A DNA stretch of 64,000 nt. It comes from Candidatus Latescibacterota bacterium (lineage in GTDB: Bacteria; Latescibacterota; UBA2968; UBA8231). Where the stretch lies: assembly GCA_965215195.1 (NCBI GenBank), contig CBDCDC010000002.1, positions 4,256,001-4,320,000 of the forward strand, written 5' to 3'. The notes under the pieces are model-generated. The model saw only the letters and a program-made list of their open reading frames with translations. It ran no database searches and was not told the DNA's origin. Positions 29,200 to 39,487 of the stretch are shown in pieces. A program made the translations under genes and the position numbers. Numbering within the stretch: position 1 is the first letter of the stretch; each line of letters starts with the position of its first letter.

Positions 29200-30711
29200 T
29201 CACCGGGTGCGCTCTTTTTGCCTGCGTGCGAAAAGGCGCATCTGTTGCTGAGCCGCAAGTGAGTCGCCCACTTCTCGGTAGGCCACGGCCAAACTATAAT
29301 GGGTGCCGACATAGGTAGAATCGGCCCGCAAAACCGCCTTAAAATCGTCGATGGCCTCCCGGGCCTGGCCCTCGCGCAATTTGGCATTGCCTAGGCCGTT
29401 TATCGCGTCGATGTAGTTTTCCTTTAGCGCCAAAGCGCGCTCATAGGCCGAGCGCGCCTGCACCGGATAGTCTTTCATCAAATAGGCGTTGCCGAGATTA
29501 AACCACGCCAGCGCATAGCCCTCGTCTAACGTCAGGGCTTGGCGATAGGCCGCGATGGCATCGTCAACCCGCTGTAGCCGCAAATAGGCCGTGCCCAAAT
29601 TCTGCCAAGCCTGTATCTGGGCGGGGTTGATCTTCAGGGAGGCTTTGTACTGTTGAGCAGCCGCTTCAGCAAAACCCAACTTAGCGTAGATCACGCCTAA
29701 GTTGTAGCGGGCTACGGCATCGTCGGCGTGGCCTTTTAGGCGCAAACGCTGCTCGCGAATGGTATCGAAATGCGGATCAAGGCGCTTGAACATCTCGATC
29801 TGCCTCTGGCCTTCCTCTGACTTGCCCTGCTTCACATACACTTTGGACAGGGTCAAGTACGCTTCTGGATAGGCCGGGTCTAGGGCGATGCTTTGCTCGA
29901 GTACCGCGGCCGCCTCGGTCTCTTTGCCCTGTTGGGCGAGTACCATGCCCAGCCCATTGAGCGCCTCTACAGCCGCCGAATCGCGCTCAATGGCCGTGCG
30001 AAAGGCCGCCTCCGCTTCTTGGTGGCGATTCAACCGCATGTAGATGCGCCCTAGCGCCGTGCGGTACCGCGCACGCCTAGGCTCTATTTCGACGGCTTTT
30101 CGCGCCATATCCAAGGCCCGTGCGCATTGCCCCATCTTGGCACAGTACATCTCTCCCAAGCTGTAGTACACCAGCGCGTACTCGGGGTCTATTTCCAACG
30201 CTCGCTGCATGTGCTGGGCTGCGGTCCCGTAGTCGTGATCGCGGGCGTGCGCCACGCCTAAGTTGTAGTGGGCCGGAGCGCGATCGGGTGCCAATTGCAA
30301 GGCCCTTGCAAACGCGGCCCGCGCCTTGGCATCGTCGTCCGTGCGCAAATAGAGTTGGCCGAGCTGGCGATAGGCCGCGGCGCTGTCGGGCGCGAGCGCA
30401 ATGGCCTTGCGATATACGGCCAACGCCCGTTCCAACTCGCCCTGCCGGGTCATGACCTCTCCGGCCCCCAGCAGCGCCCCTAGGTGCAGCGAGTCGATGC
30501 GGAAGGTCTCGCTGAAATATCGCAGTGCTTCCCCATACACGGCGTGTTTTAAGTAGAACGCCCCCAGTTCGTAGTGCGCCGCTACGTCGCTGGAATCGGC
30601 GCGAATGCGATTCAAATAACTCAGCTCTATCGCGTGCGGGTCTTCTAGGGCGCCGCCGCAGCCAAAAGCCGTTATCCACGCCAGCCATAGCGCACCGTTA
30701 AACCGCTTCAC
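29200..30711 (-). CDS. Tetratricopeptide-repeat protein, probable lipoprotein
   Basis: Many TPRs (AHYELG, AYRQLG, AHYNLG, ALNGLG, AWQNLG, AWFNLG); N-terminal signal ending AFGC. Confidence 0.88.
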   Translation of the reverse strand: MKRFNGALWLAWITAFGCGGALEDPHAIELSYLNRIRADSSDVAAHYELGAFYLKHAVYGEALRYFSETFRIDSLHLGALLGAGEVMTRQGELERALAVYRKAIALAPDSAAAYRQLGQLYLRTDDDAKARAAFARALQLAPDRAPAHYNLGVAHARDHDYGTAAQHMQRALEIDPEYALVYYSLGEMYCAKMGQCARALDMARKAVEIEPRRARYRTALGRIYMRLNRHQEAEAAFRTAIERDSAAVEALNGLGMVLAQQGKETEAAAVLEQSIALDPAYPEAYLTLSKVYVKQGKSEEGQRQIEMFKRLDPHFDTIREQRLRLKGHADDAVARYNLGVIYAKLGFAEAAAQQYKASLKINPAQIQAWQNLGTAYLRLQRVDDAIAAYRQALTLDEGYALAWFNLGNAYLMKDYPVQARSAYERALALKENYIDAINGLGNAKLREGQAREAIDDFKAVLRADSTYVGTHYSLAVAYREVGDSLAAQQQMRLFARRQKERTR

Positions 30712-30747
30712 GCTCGCCTTGCCCTTTCGCGGATTCTGGCACGGGTC

Positions 30748-32448
30748 CTATAGCTTTTCCGGCTCTTGGACCGCGAGGAACTGATCGACTGCCACGTCTT
30801 CCAACACCTGCTCCACCCCACTCGGCCAGCGAATCTCCACCCGATCCACCCGCGTGCGAGTCCCCAAGCCAAAATGCACCCGCAGCGCATTCTGCGACAG
30901 ATACGAACTGCCCGAGCGCACTTCTTCGACCTGTTTTAAGTCGCCGGCGACCACCCGGATCCGTGCGCCGATGCCGTCGCGGTTGCTCTGCGTACCTATT
31001 GTGTGCACTGCCAGCCAGTGCTGGCGGTTGCCCCCGTCGTTGCGCAGTAGCTGGCCGCGCTGGTTGTTGTTGGCCACGAACAGGTCGAGATCGCCATCGT
31101 TGTCGTAGTCGGCGGTAGCCGCTCCGCGTCCGACCGCGGCGGCGGCCAGCCCGGGCGAGGCAGTGCTGACGTCGGTGAACGTGCCATCGCCGTTGTTGTG
31201 AAATAACTGATCCCGCTGCGCGTAGGAAGGTCCGGCGCGGTCGATAATTTCTATGTTCGGTTCGACGTGCCCGTTGGTTAGGAACAGGTCGAGGTAGCCG
31301 TCGTTGTCGTAGTCGAGCAAGTCCGTGCCAAAGGTCAATGTCGAGAAAGTCGGTTCGTCCAGTTTGGACTCGTGTATCCGGTCCTTAAACACACCGCCCC
31401 GCTCGTTTTTTAACAGGCGACAGTGCTCCCACTGGAAATTGCAGACGACGAGGTCGAGGAGTCCGTCGCGGTCGTAGTCGCCAAAGTCCGTGCCCATGCC
31501 GGCCTCGGGTTTGCCGTCTGGGCTGAAGGCGACGCCAGAACTCAGCCCAACATTGGAAAACCGCGTCCCTCCCTCGTTGCGAAAGAGGAAGTTCGGGGTC
31601 ATATCGTTGGCGACAAACAGATCCGCATCGCCGTCTGCGTCGTAATCGCCAAATACCACGCCGAGCTGACGACAGCGGTCGTTGTAAACGCCCATTGCTT
31701 TTGTCGCGTCGGCAAACGTCCCATTGCCCTCGTTGCGGTACATAATCCCCGACGCGCCCTTGTACTGACCGGGACCGCAGTAGATGCGTGTGGAACCGTG
31801 CCGGCACTCTTTGTGGTTTGCGAGGGTAAAATCGGTATTGTTGGAAACGTAGAGGTCGAGATCGCCATCGTTGTCAATGTCGGCAAAGGCCGCGCTCATG
31901 CTCAAGCGCTCGTCGCCGATGCCAGCGGTCTTGGTCGCATCGACAAATGAACTGTCGCCGCCATTGCGATACAGCACATTGGCACCAAAGTTTGTGACGT
32001 AGAGATCTACGCGACCGTCGTTGTCGTAATCTCCCGCGCAGACACCCATGCCATATCCTTCATCGCCGACGCCTGCTGCCGCGGTTATTTCTTCGAACTT
32101 CCCATTGCCTCGGTTGCGATACAGGGCGTTTTGCGGTACGCGCCGCTCCAAAAAGCCCGGCAATGCGGCCCCATTGACCAAGTAGAGGTCTTCGTCGCCG
32201 TCGCTGTCGTAATCGACAAAAGCCGCTCCCGAGCCATAGGTCTCCACGTAATAGAAGCGACCGCTGCCGCCGTTCACATGCACAAAGTGGATGCCGGCCG
32301 CGGTCGTGGCATCGACGAATTTCGGCAGGGCCTTTCTAGCCAACTTGGGCTTGGGCGCAGTGGCTTTGGTCGCTGGAGCGGGAGTTTCATTTGAGCACCC
32401 CGCGATCAGGGCCACACCCCAGCTAAAGAGAACCGCAACGATGGGCAT
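30748..32448 (-). CDS. CRTAC1-family lipoprotein (FG-GAP/VCBS repeats plus ASPIC/UnbV)
   Basis: Repeated DYDxDGxxDLYV, SNRDGIGARI, SGSSYLSQN..VHFGLG, IRWPSG; lipobox LIAGC. The ORF can extend to 32484. Confidence 0.9.
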   Translation of the reverse strand: MPIVAVLFSWGVALIAGCSNETPAPATKATAPKPKLARKALPKFVDATTAAGIHFVHVNGGSGRFYYVETYGSGAAFVDYDSDGDEDLYLVNGAALPGFLERRVPQNALYRNRGNGKFEEITAAAGVGDEGYGMGVCAGDYDNDGRVDLYVTNFGANVLYRNGGDSSFVDATKTAGIGDERLSMSAAFADIDNDGDLDLYVSNNTDFTLANHKECRHGSTRIYCGPGQYKGASGIMYRNEGNGTFADATKAMGVYNDRCRQLGVVFGDYDADGDADLFVANDMTPNFLFRNEGGTRFSNVGLSSGVAFSPDGKPEAGMGTDFGDYDRDGLLDLVVCNFQWEHCRLLKNERGGVFKDRIHESKLDEPTFSTLTFGTDLLDYDNDGYLDLFLTNGHVEPNIEIIDRAGPSYAQRDQLFHNNGDGTFTDVSTASPGLAAAAVGRGAATADYDNDGDLDLFVANNNQRGQLLRNDGGNRQHWLAVHTIGTQSNRDGIGARIRVVAGDLKQVEEVRSGSSYLSQNALRVHFGLGTRTRVDRVEIRWPSGVEQVLEDVAVDQFLAVQEPEKL

Positions 32449-32489
32449 GTACAAAGGGCACCTATCGCGGGAATCAGACTGCACAGGCG

Positions 32490-35144
32490 TTATTGCAATC
32501 CGGCAAACATGCTCAGAAACAGCACCAGATCCGTCGTCGTCTCGTCGCGGAAATCGCGCCGCTCCCAGCGCCCGCCGATGTTGGTCATCAGGCGATAGCC
32601 CAGATAGTCCGAGCGATTGGATAGCTGTGCAGCAATCACGAACTGTTCAAAATCATCTACGTATCCGGCGGGCAGCGGATCGGTGCGTGCAACCCTGTTC
32701 CTAAAAATCTCGTACTCGATGCCAGACTCTAAGCGCATCGCGTTGATCAGCTCCTGCTGCCACACGAAGAAGAAAATTTCCGCCAGCTCGTCGTTCGCCA
32801 GCTCGCTTTTATCCGTGGGCGAGCGCCGCTTGTAGAGTTGTTTCCACTTGGGCCACAGCACGTGTCGCCCCACCGGAATGGGCAGATCCGCCTTGGTGAT
32901 CAGGGCGAAGAGCGTCTCGTCCTGCCAGTTTGTCGGCTGCTGGTCGCCGCGCTGGTGATAGATCTCGTACTTCAGCTTGGTCTCCAGATTGAACGGGGCG
33001 TATTTGCGCGTCCGCGCACTCAGAAAGGTGGTGTTGATCAGGGCATCCCGCGCGATCATGGGATCGGCAAAGGGGCGCATATCGCCCTGCGTGCGCGGAC
33101 TCTGCACCCACACAATGACGTCTTCGGGGATATTGTCCTCAACGCTGCGCAGGCCGTTGTAGAGCTGCATCTGCAAACCGTGGCGCGGCACCTCGTGCGT
33201 CAGGGTCAGCAAACCGTAGAGCGACTTGTTGCGGCGATTGCTGCTCAGCAGCCACTCGCGCATGCGACCGACCATTATGCGGCTGCCCGGCTTGATTTCA
33301 GCGCCGCCGTAGAGGTTGTAACCGCGGTGGTCGCGCGGATATGGATAGTCCGCTTCCTCGTCGTTCTCAAAGCGGTCGATCACCGTGTTGTTGTTCATGT
33401 CAGTGCCGTAGAGAAACTCCAGCGGATCGACATCGTAGCGCACAAAAGGCTCCAGATAGTCCGGCATGCCGTTGTCGTTTTGGTTGAAGTCCGACACGAG
33501 GTCGTTGTTTTCGTCGTAGCCGGGAAAGACCGCCACGTCAGCCCGCTGGATCAGCAAGCGCTCGGACGAGGAGCTGCTGAAGGTGCGCCGACGCCAGTCG
33601 GGAAAGCGGTCTTGGTCGTCGTTGTCGTCGACGAATTCATAGACGTTGTTTACAGAACTTTCGTAGTTAATGCGCCCGTTGCTGTCGGGCACGAACATAA
33701 AGGTCTGATAGCCCGGGTCCATGCTAAAAATTTCGCCATAGGCAAACCACGGGTACACATTGTGCGACGCCGTTGCGTAGTAGCCCTCGGCGCGCTCTTT
33801 TCCCAGCGCCTGATTGTAGGTGAAGTTCTGGTTGGGAAAGCGGCGGTATTTGCGGTTGATATTGTATTCGGCGCGCAAGTTAAACCCGCCGAAGAGGTCG
33901 TCGATTTCCATGGTGAGACCGGCGACTTCGTTGGCCGTCGGCAAGCCGTAGCTAAAGCGCACCACGCGCTGGTTGGAGCCGTCCTTGATATTCTTCTCCG
34001 CGCGGGCGACGGGCAAAAATACGGGCTCGCCCGTGTTGTTGACCTGCATATTGGAAGTGACTTCAACGGCGTAGTCGTTGGCCAAGACCAGCTCGATCTC
34101 GATCTTTTTGATTTCCTTGAAGTCGATGATTTCGTCTTCGTCGGGAATGGGCGTGAAGTCGCGCTCAATGTCGTAGGTAATGACGATGTTGTTGCCGCCG
34201 CTGGCCTCCCAGCGACCCTGCCGCCGAATGCCGCCGTCAACCAGCGCCCGGTCGGAAATTTCGGGATGCTCTACGCCATTTATGTACACGCGGTGCAAAA
34301 AGAGCAACGCCCCCCCTTCGCCGTCCTCGGGCGAATCGTCGGACAGACGCACCAAGAGGCGCTGCACGTTGCCCGCCTGTAGGTTGCCGCCGAGTGTGCC
34401 TTTGAGAGAGTTGTTGCCAAAGCTCTCCGAGCTGTTCCAGTGGCCGGCGTTGACGTAGGTGGTGCCCAGCTTGATAAAGTCGCCAACTTGGGCCGTGCCG
34501 CGCAGGCCGATCAGATTGGTGAAAATCGTGCGCACCGTGGCTCCTTGGTCGCGGTTGGTCGCCGTGGCTGCCAGAGCGGGGTTATCCGTGCGTGAGGCGA
34601 TTAGCGTCAGGGCGTATTTGTCGGAGAGGAAATCCCACTGCACGCCGTTGAACAGGGGTTTGGAAAAGGTCATCGGCGTCAGCGTCGTCCTCAGTTGCTC
34701 GCCCACGGTCAGGGCCATGTGGTATTGGCCTTGCGACGCCATTGAAATGACTAGGTTGTTGAACCAGTTGTTGAACTCCACGGACTTGTCGATCGCGCTG
34801 CCCGTTTCCGTGGGGTGCTGTTGCGCCCACTCGTAGATCTTCCAGCCGCGCGTGATGTAATTTCCGTAGATGTCGTAAAAGCGCTGGCCCTGCAGCACGA
34901 TGTCGGTATAGCGCTCGTAGCGATCTCTGGCGTAGTTGGTGTACTCCCAGTTTTTCCATCCGTAGATATCGTAGAGCGTCTGGGGCAGATACCATTTCCG
35001 CATAGTCGGCGCGATGGTCTGGGGCGATATCCGCACCCCACTGGTGACATAGGGGTTGAGAAAACCCGATTGCAGGCCTTCGGCTAACGCTCCACCTGCC
35101 AAAAGGCAACCCGTTAGCAGAGCACCGAAAAACTTCCGGCCCAT
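32490..35144 (-). CDS. Large secreted hypothetical protein (884 aa), probable outer-membrane beta-barrel with Ca-binding-like loops
   Basis: RBS agggagg; signal peptide (LLAGGALA); aromatic-rich N-terminus; acidic loops DDNDDQD, DENNDLVSD, DMNNNTVID; alternating-pattern strands at the C-terminus. Confidence 0.6.
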   Translation of the reverse strand: MGRKFFGALLTGCLLAGGALAEGLQSGFLNPYVTSGVRISPQTIAPTMRKWYLPQTLYDIYGWKNWEYTNYARDRYERYTDIVLQGQRFYDIYGNYITRGWKIYEWAQQHPTETGSAIDKSVEFNNWFNNLVISMASQGQYHMALTVGEQLRTTLTPMTFSKPLFNGVQWDFLSDKYALTLIASRTDNPALAATATNRDQGATVRTIFTNLIGLRGTAQVGDFIKLGTTYVNAGHWNSSESFGNNSLKGTLGGNLQAGNVQRLLVRLSDDSPEDGEGGALLFLHRVYINGVEHPEISDRALVDGGIRRQGRWEASGGNNIVITYDIERDFTPIPDEDEIIDFKEIKKIEIELVLANDYAVEVTSNMQVNNTGEPVFLPVARAEKNIKDGSNQRVVRFSYGLPTANEVAGLTMEIDDLFGGFNLRAEYNINRKYRRFPNQNFTYNQALGKERAEGYYATASHNVYPWFAYGEIFSMDPGYQTFMFVPDSNGRINYESSVNNVYEFVDDNDDQDRFPDWRRRTFSSSSSERLLIQRADVAVFPGYDENNDLVSDFNQNDNGMPDYLEPFVRYDVDPLEFLYGTDMNNNTVIDRFENDEEADYPYPRDHRGYNLYGGAEIKPGSRIMVGRMREWLLSSNRRNKSLYGLLTLTHEVPRHGLQMQLYNGLRSVEDNIPEDVIVWVQSPRTQGDMRPFADPMIARDALINTTFLSARTRKYAPFNLETKLKYEIYHQRGDQQPTNWQDETLFALITKADLPIPVGRHVLWPKWKQLYKRRSPTDKSELANDELAEIFFFVWQQELINAMRLESGIEYEIFRNRVARTDPLPAGYVDDFEQFVIAAQLSNRSDYLGYRLMTNIGGRWERRDFRDETTTDLVLFLSMFAGLQ

Positions 35145-35185
35145 TTGTTCCCTCCCTTTTTTACTGCTGCACAACGCGTACTGGT

Positions 35186-37504
35186 TTAGTAGGCTAAACT
35201 AATGATGCGATATACCGACTGGTCGCCAGAGTCGGCTGCCATCTCGATGTGGCAGATGTACACACCCGGCGGCAAAACCGCTCCCGCCTCGTCCCGGCCA
35301 TCCCACGCGAAACCCGCGCTGCTCTGGTCGAGCGTCCGCAGGAGCGATCCGGTCAGATCGTAGATCGCCACGTTGGGATGGCCCTCAACTTGGACTACGA
35401 TAAAGTTGATTTGCGCTTCGTCGTTTACTCCATCGCCGTTGGGCGTAACGACCGGCGTCACCTGCACATGGCGCAGCAAACTCCCACCGGCTACATCGGG
35501 CACAAAAACGATCATCGAGCGCGGCTCTAAGGGTTCGACGCCTTGGCGCACATCCTGCTGGCTGTCCCCTGCCCAGGCCTCAAAGAGGGTGGCGTTGGTC
35601 GTTACCTGCGCAGTAAACTGCACTTCCACCGAGTCCTCCCGCACCCGCTCTGGCAGTCCGACTCGCAGCAGCCCGTCCGCTAGTTCAACTTCCTTCGGCT
35701 GTACGCGCTGGCCGCCGACTCGGACGCCAACCTCTTGCACAGCCCCCGGCACTTGGATAAAGACCTCGTCAAAGCCTTGGTCGTTGCGCGCCGAGGTCGG
35801 TTGCAGCAGATATGTAAAGCGTTGCAGCGAATCGAGGCCGACCTCGCGTGGCAATATGCGTGCGGCAATGCCGCCGCTAACGAGCGGATCGTCGAATGCT
35901 AAGGTCAGGGAGCGCAGCACCGGCGTTAGCTGCGGGTCGTCGTTGGCTAGGCGAACCTGTAGTTGCAAGAATTGTCTGGGCGTAGGCGAGAGGAATGCCT
36001 CTGCGGGAAAATCATAGGGCTGGCTCCAGCCGCTCCAATCCGGCCCTTTGAGCTTGAGGGTGTCGATGCGCCCGCGCACGCTCTTGGGCAGCTTACCAAA
36101 ACGGGCCGAATCCAGTTCGGTGCCGTTTTTGTGGTAATACTTCTTCTGGAGCTCAAAGGTATTGCCCGTCTGTGAGCGAATTTCGATCTGCGTACCGGCG
36201 GGTAGATCGGCGTCCCACGACAGCTTGCGCACGCTCTTCATGGAGCCTAGGTCGATGAAATCCGACACCATTTCCGTCGCCGCTACGTGCCCCTCGCCGT
36301 AGAGGATGTATTCAAAAATCGACTGGCGGATCTGCAAGCGCGTTGGAATGCCGCTGCGGTGGTAGAAGATGTAGCGGATTTTCCGCAGTGGGAATGCAAA
36401 GTGATACGACTGTTGGTTGGGGAATCTATCGTTGAATACGTCGCTGAGTTCCTCGTAGTCGAAATTGCTGCGAATGCGGTCGCTGGTCAGGCCGCTGGCC
36501 GGCGCGCCATCCGAGGTGGTGAGGATAAATAGCTTGGCCCCGTGCCCGTGGGAACCACGAGACCCCTCTCCGGCTCCGACAGTCAGGTCTAGGTGGGAAA
36601 GGTGATCCACCCAGAACGTGGTGCCCAGATCCCATTCGAACCAATCGCCGTCTTCGACGTAGGTCCTGAGATTGCCCTCCTTGGCTTGGTCGCCACCGAC
36701 GGCAACTCGCCAGTTGGTATTGACATCCCCGTCGAAGATCGTACCGATTTTGTCTGCGCTGCGCCCCGCTCGCACCGACCCGCCCCGTTCCACTGTACCT
36801 AGGGCGAGATTATCTCCGAGGGCATCCACTTCGATCTCAGCCAGTGCCGCGCCCGGATTCTTTTCCGTGGGTACTAGGCGCACGTGGTGGACGAGGTTAA
36901 AATTTAGCGTATCCCGCTCTATGAGATGTTCTCCGCTGGCCAGACCGAACTCAATTCGCTTCAGATCGACCTCAAAAACGCGCTCCACATTGGGCGTGGT
37001 GGTGACGGCGACCGGGTGGTAGGTTACGCCAAAGCGCGTATCGACACCGTTGCTTATGTACGTCGTGAAATTGCGAAAGGGCTTGGCGTCGGGTGTGTCC
37101 GGAAAGACAAAGCGCAACTTGTGCGCCAATACCGGCCGGCCGAGGTCGATTTCGATCCACCAATCGTCCAGCGGATCGTCGGCGGATGGCTGCCAGTAGG
37201 TCGATGGGTCTTGGTCAATGATATTAGCCGCATCTTGGGCGTTTGAATGGACTTGGCGGATGCCACCAAAAACCTGTTTCTTGCCCTCGCTGTGGGAAAA
37301 CTCTGCGGCATTGGCCACGGCGTTTATATTGCGGCGCATCCACGCTAGGCTGATGCTGCCGTCGTCGGCAATTTCCAGCGTACCTTGGGGAATGGTCCAC
37401 GTCTGCCAGTCCGCCGGGCTGCTCAGGCGCAGTTCGTCGGCATGGGCACCTGCTGTACACAGGGTGGCGACGAGCAAAATGCGAATCGCAGCGAATTTTC
37501 TCAT
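35186..37504 (-). CDS. Secreted protein with discoidin/F5-8-like modules and C-terminal FlgD-Ig domain (paralog 3)
   Basis: Signal peptide; IIDQDPSTYW...WIEIDLG; IFDGDVNTNW; WSGWSQPY; TPNGDGVND...IYDLTG...WDGRD..G..LPPGVY; ends IISLAY. Confidence 0.75.
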   Translation of the reverse strand: MRKFAAIRILLVATLCTAGAHADELRLSSPADWQTWTIPQGTLEIADDGSISLAWMRRNINAVANAAEFSHSEGKKQVFGGIRQVHSNAQDAANIIDQDPSTYWQPSADDPLDDWWIEIDLGRPVLAHKLRFVFPDTPDAKPFRNFTTYISNGVDTRFGVTYHPVAVTTTPNVERVFEVDLKRIEFGLASGEHLIERDTLNFNLVHHVRLVPTEKNPGAALAEIEVDALGDNLALGTVERGGSVRAGRSADKIGTIFDGDVNTNWRVAVGGDQAKEGNLRTYVEDGDWFEWDLGTTFWVDHLSHLDLTVGAGEGSRGSHGHGAKLFILTTSDGAPASGLTSDRIRSNFDYEELSDVFNDRFPNQQSYHFAFPLRKIRYIFYHRSGIPTRLQIRQSIFEYILYGEGHVAATEMVSDFIDLGSMKSVRKLSWDADLPAGTQIEIRSQTGNTFELQKKYYHKNGTELDSARFGKLPKSVRGRIDTLKLKGPDWSGWSQPYDFPAEAFLSPTPRQFLQLQVRLANDDPQLTPVLRSLTLAFDDPLVSGGIAARILPREVGLDSLQRFTYLLQPTSARNDQGFDEVFIQVPGAVQEVGVRVGGQRVQPKEVELADGLLRVGLPERVREDSVEVQFTAQVTTNATLFEAWAGDSQQDVRQGVEPLEPRSMIVFVPDVAGGSLLRHVQVTPVVTPNGDGVNDEAQINFIVVQVEGHPNVAIYDLTGSLLRTLDQSSAGFAWDGRDEAGAVLPPGVYICHIEMAADSGDQSVYRIISLAY

Positions 37505-37522
37505 GGCACATCCTCGAAAGCG

Positions 37523-39472
37523 TTAGTAGGCCACCGCAATGGTGCGCGTGCGCGTGAAATCACCCGCGTCCGTCTCGACGGCAAGTCGGGCGAGGTATAG
37601 GCCCGGCGCCACGCGCCCCGTCCCCTCTCCCCGCCCATCCCACTCTTCGACATAACGCCCTTCGCTCCTCGAATCGGCCACTAGTGTGCGCACTTTGCGT
37701 CCGCGCAAATCGCAGATTGCAAAGACCACCCGGCTGGCCTGTACGCCCAGCAGTGAATAGGCCAGTTCAAGCGCGTCGTTGCGCCCGTCGCCATTCGGCG
37801 TCACTACGGCCGATCCCACGTCTAATGCGCTCAGCACCTCTAACCCCTCGCTCGGTGCCAGCACCTCGATGGAATTGGTCGATACCTCCGCGTTGGCATC
37901 TCCGGGATCGATAGATTGGGGCTGTCCTGCTCCCCCGACGACAAACACCTCGCCCTGAAACAGGGCGTTGAAACTGAAGATGCCCGTTTTGAACAGCAGC
38001 CGCAGGGGCCTGTTGTCTGCGGCCGCGATGCGATTGGACGGAAAATAGACGATCAGCTCGCTTTGTCTCTCCGCAATGCTGTCGGGCGCCACAGGGACCA
38101 AGGGGTCGCCCATTTCCAGTCCTATAAACTGGACGCGGGCCGGGGTGTGCAGCCTCAAGGCGTCAAAACCCGACTTGGTCGCCGACTCAAAGTCGGCCCG
38201 CACGTCAAAAGTGAAAATGCGCTCCTCGCCCAAGGGCACTTCCGTCTTGCGCCCGAGCGGCTGGGGTTCGTCCTGTAAGGCGACCTCCCCGACGACCGCA
38301 TCGACCAGCAGAGGCGAGTATTCTACGACCAGCGAATCCATCTGACCGTAGGTAAACAAATCCTCGCTCTTCATTGTGAAGTTGATTTTGAGATACTGCC
38401 GATTATCCGGCGAAAGGATCTCTAGGCCCTCGCCGCCGGACGCTTCTTGCGGCACCGACCAGAAGCTCCAGTTGTCCACGTCGGGCCGCTCCGGCCCCCG
38501 GGCTCTAGGGCGCACATAATCGTCGCGCGGCGCCTTATCCCATTCGGCAAAACTCACTTCGCGCTCGGTCCTCAGCTCGGTGTATATGCTGTAAATCTGT
38601 GGCGTATCGTCCCGGCCGGTCTGCGTTTCTAGCGAAAAGGAGATGGGATTTGCTGGCAAAAGTTCGGGTTCGCTGTCTATGCTCTCTTTGGAAAACCCGT
38701 TGAAATAGGGTATGGCCCGCCCGAAGTTGACCGGCTCGCCGATGTCGATCACCTTGGAGATGTATTGCGATTTTTGCACAAAACCCTCGCCGTAAAACTC
38801 CACCTCGGCGATGACGCCCAGTTGCGGGAAGTTTAAGAAAATGAACTGCAGGGGCTGGGTGGGAAAACGGGCATTGGCGATGCGCGTGGTCTGGTTGAGA
38901 TTCTGCTCCAGCAAAAGGTCAAACTGCCCTTGCTTAAAGCGCTCGCCATCAATGGCAGCCCAAACTTCATACAGCTTGGGATAGGCATTTTTGAGCGGCA
39001 AACCCGGCGTGATCCGCTTGCGGTCGTCGGTCTGCGTGCGCCCTTCGGCTGGAGCAAAAAAGCGGATGCGATTGATGGGCAATTCCCAACCTAGGTTGTA
39101 GTAATAAAAGCCGGAGACAATGGCTACTGACCGGGTCGTGTCGCCATCTACTGTATATATAAACCCATTATCTCCGAGGACCTCGGGCTGGCCGGGAATG
39201 AGGCGTGCGGCGTGCGGCCCAGCCCGTTCTCCCCCCCAGGGGTTGCCGAAGACATCCGCGCGCGAGCTGCCCTTCTTCTCGCCCAGCGCGATATTGACCG
39301 CTGGGTCCAATTCGTAGGGTTGCAGACTGCCGCCCACGACCCACATGCCGCCCATCAACTCGGCTAGTTCTTCCCAGCCGTTATCTCCTGTCCCCAGCAC
39401 CCATCGCTCTACCTGTGCCTCTGCAAAGCGAGGGGCCAATAGCAAAAGAGCTAGTGCCACTAGGTGCTTCAT
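37523..39472 (-). CDS. Secreted protein with C-terminal FlgD-Ig domain (paralog 2)
   Basis: Signal peptide; EVEFYGEGFV, TQTGRDDTP, WSFWS, GFDA, TPNGDGRND...WDGRG...APGLY; ends TIAVAY. Confidence 0.75.
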   Translation of the reverse strand: MKHLVALALLLLAPRFAEAQVERWVLGTGDNGWEELAELMGGMWVVGGSLQPYELDPAVNIALGEKKGSSRADVFGNPWGGERAGPHAARLIPGQPEVLGDNGFIYTVDGDTTRSVAIVSGFYYYNLGWELPINRIRFFAPAEGRTQTDDRKRITPGLPLKNAYPKLYEVWAAIDGERFKQGQFDLLLEQNLNQTTRIANARFPTQPLQFIFLNFPQLGVIAEVEFYGEGFVQKSQYISKVIDIGEPVNFGRAIPYFNGFSKESIDSEPELLPANPISFSLETQTGRDDTPQIYSIYTELRTEREVSFAEWDKAPRDDYVRPRARGPERPDVDNWSFWSVPQEASGGEGLEILSPDNRQYLKINFTMKSEDLFTYGQMDSLVVEYSPLLVDAVVGEVALQDEPQPLGRKTEVPLGEERIFTFDVRADFESATKSGFDALRLHTPARVQFIGLEMGDPLVPVAPDSIAERQSELIVYFPSNRIAAADNRPLRLLFKTGIFSFNALFQGEVFVVGGAGQPQSIDPGDANAEVSTNSIEVLAPSEGLEVLSALDVGSAVVTPNGDGRNDALELAYSLLGVQASRVVFAICDLRGRKVRTLVADSRSEGRYVEEWDGRGEGTGRVAPGLYLARLAVETDAGDFTRTRTIAVAY

Positions 39473-39487
39473 GCTCAGTTTTCCGCG

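Noticed and set aside
32838-34382. 514-aa plus-strand ORF and other long antisense ORFs (e.g. 15239-16342, 48493-49302)
   Set aside because: Shadow ORFs opposite well-supported genes in high-GC DNA, with no recognisable motifs.
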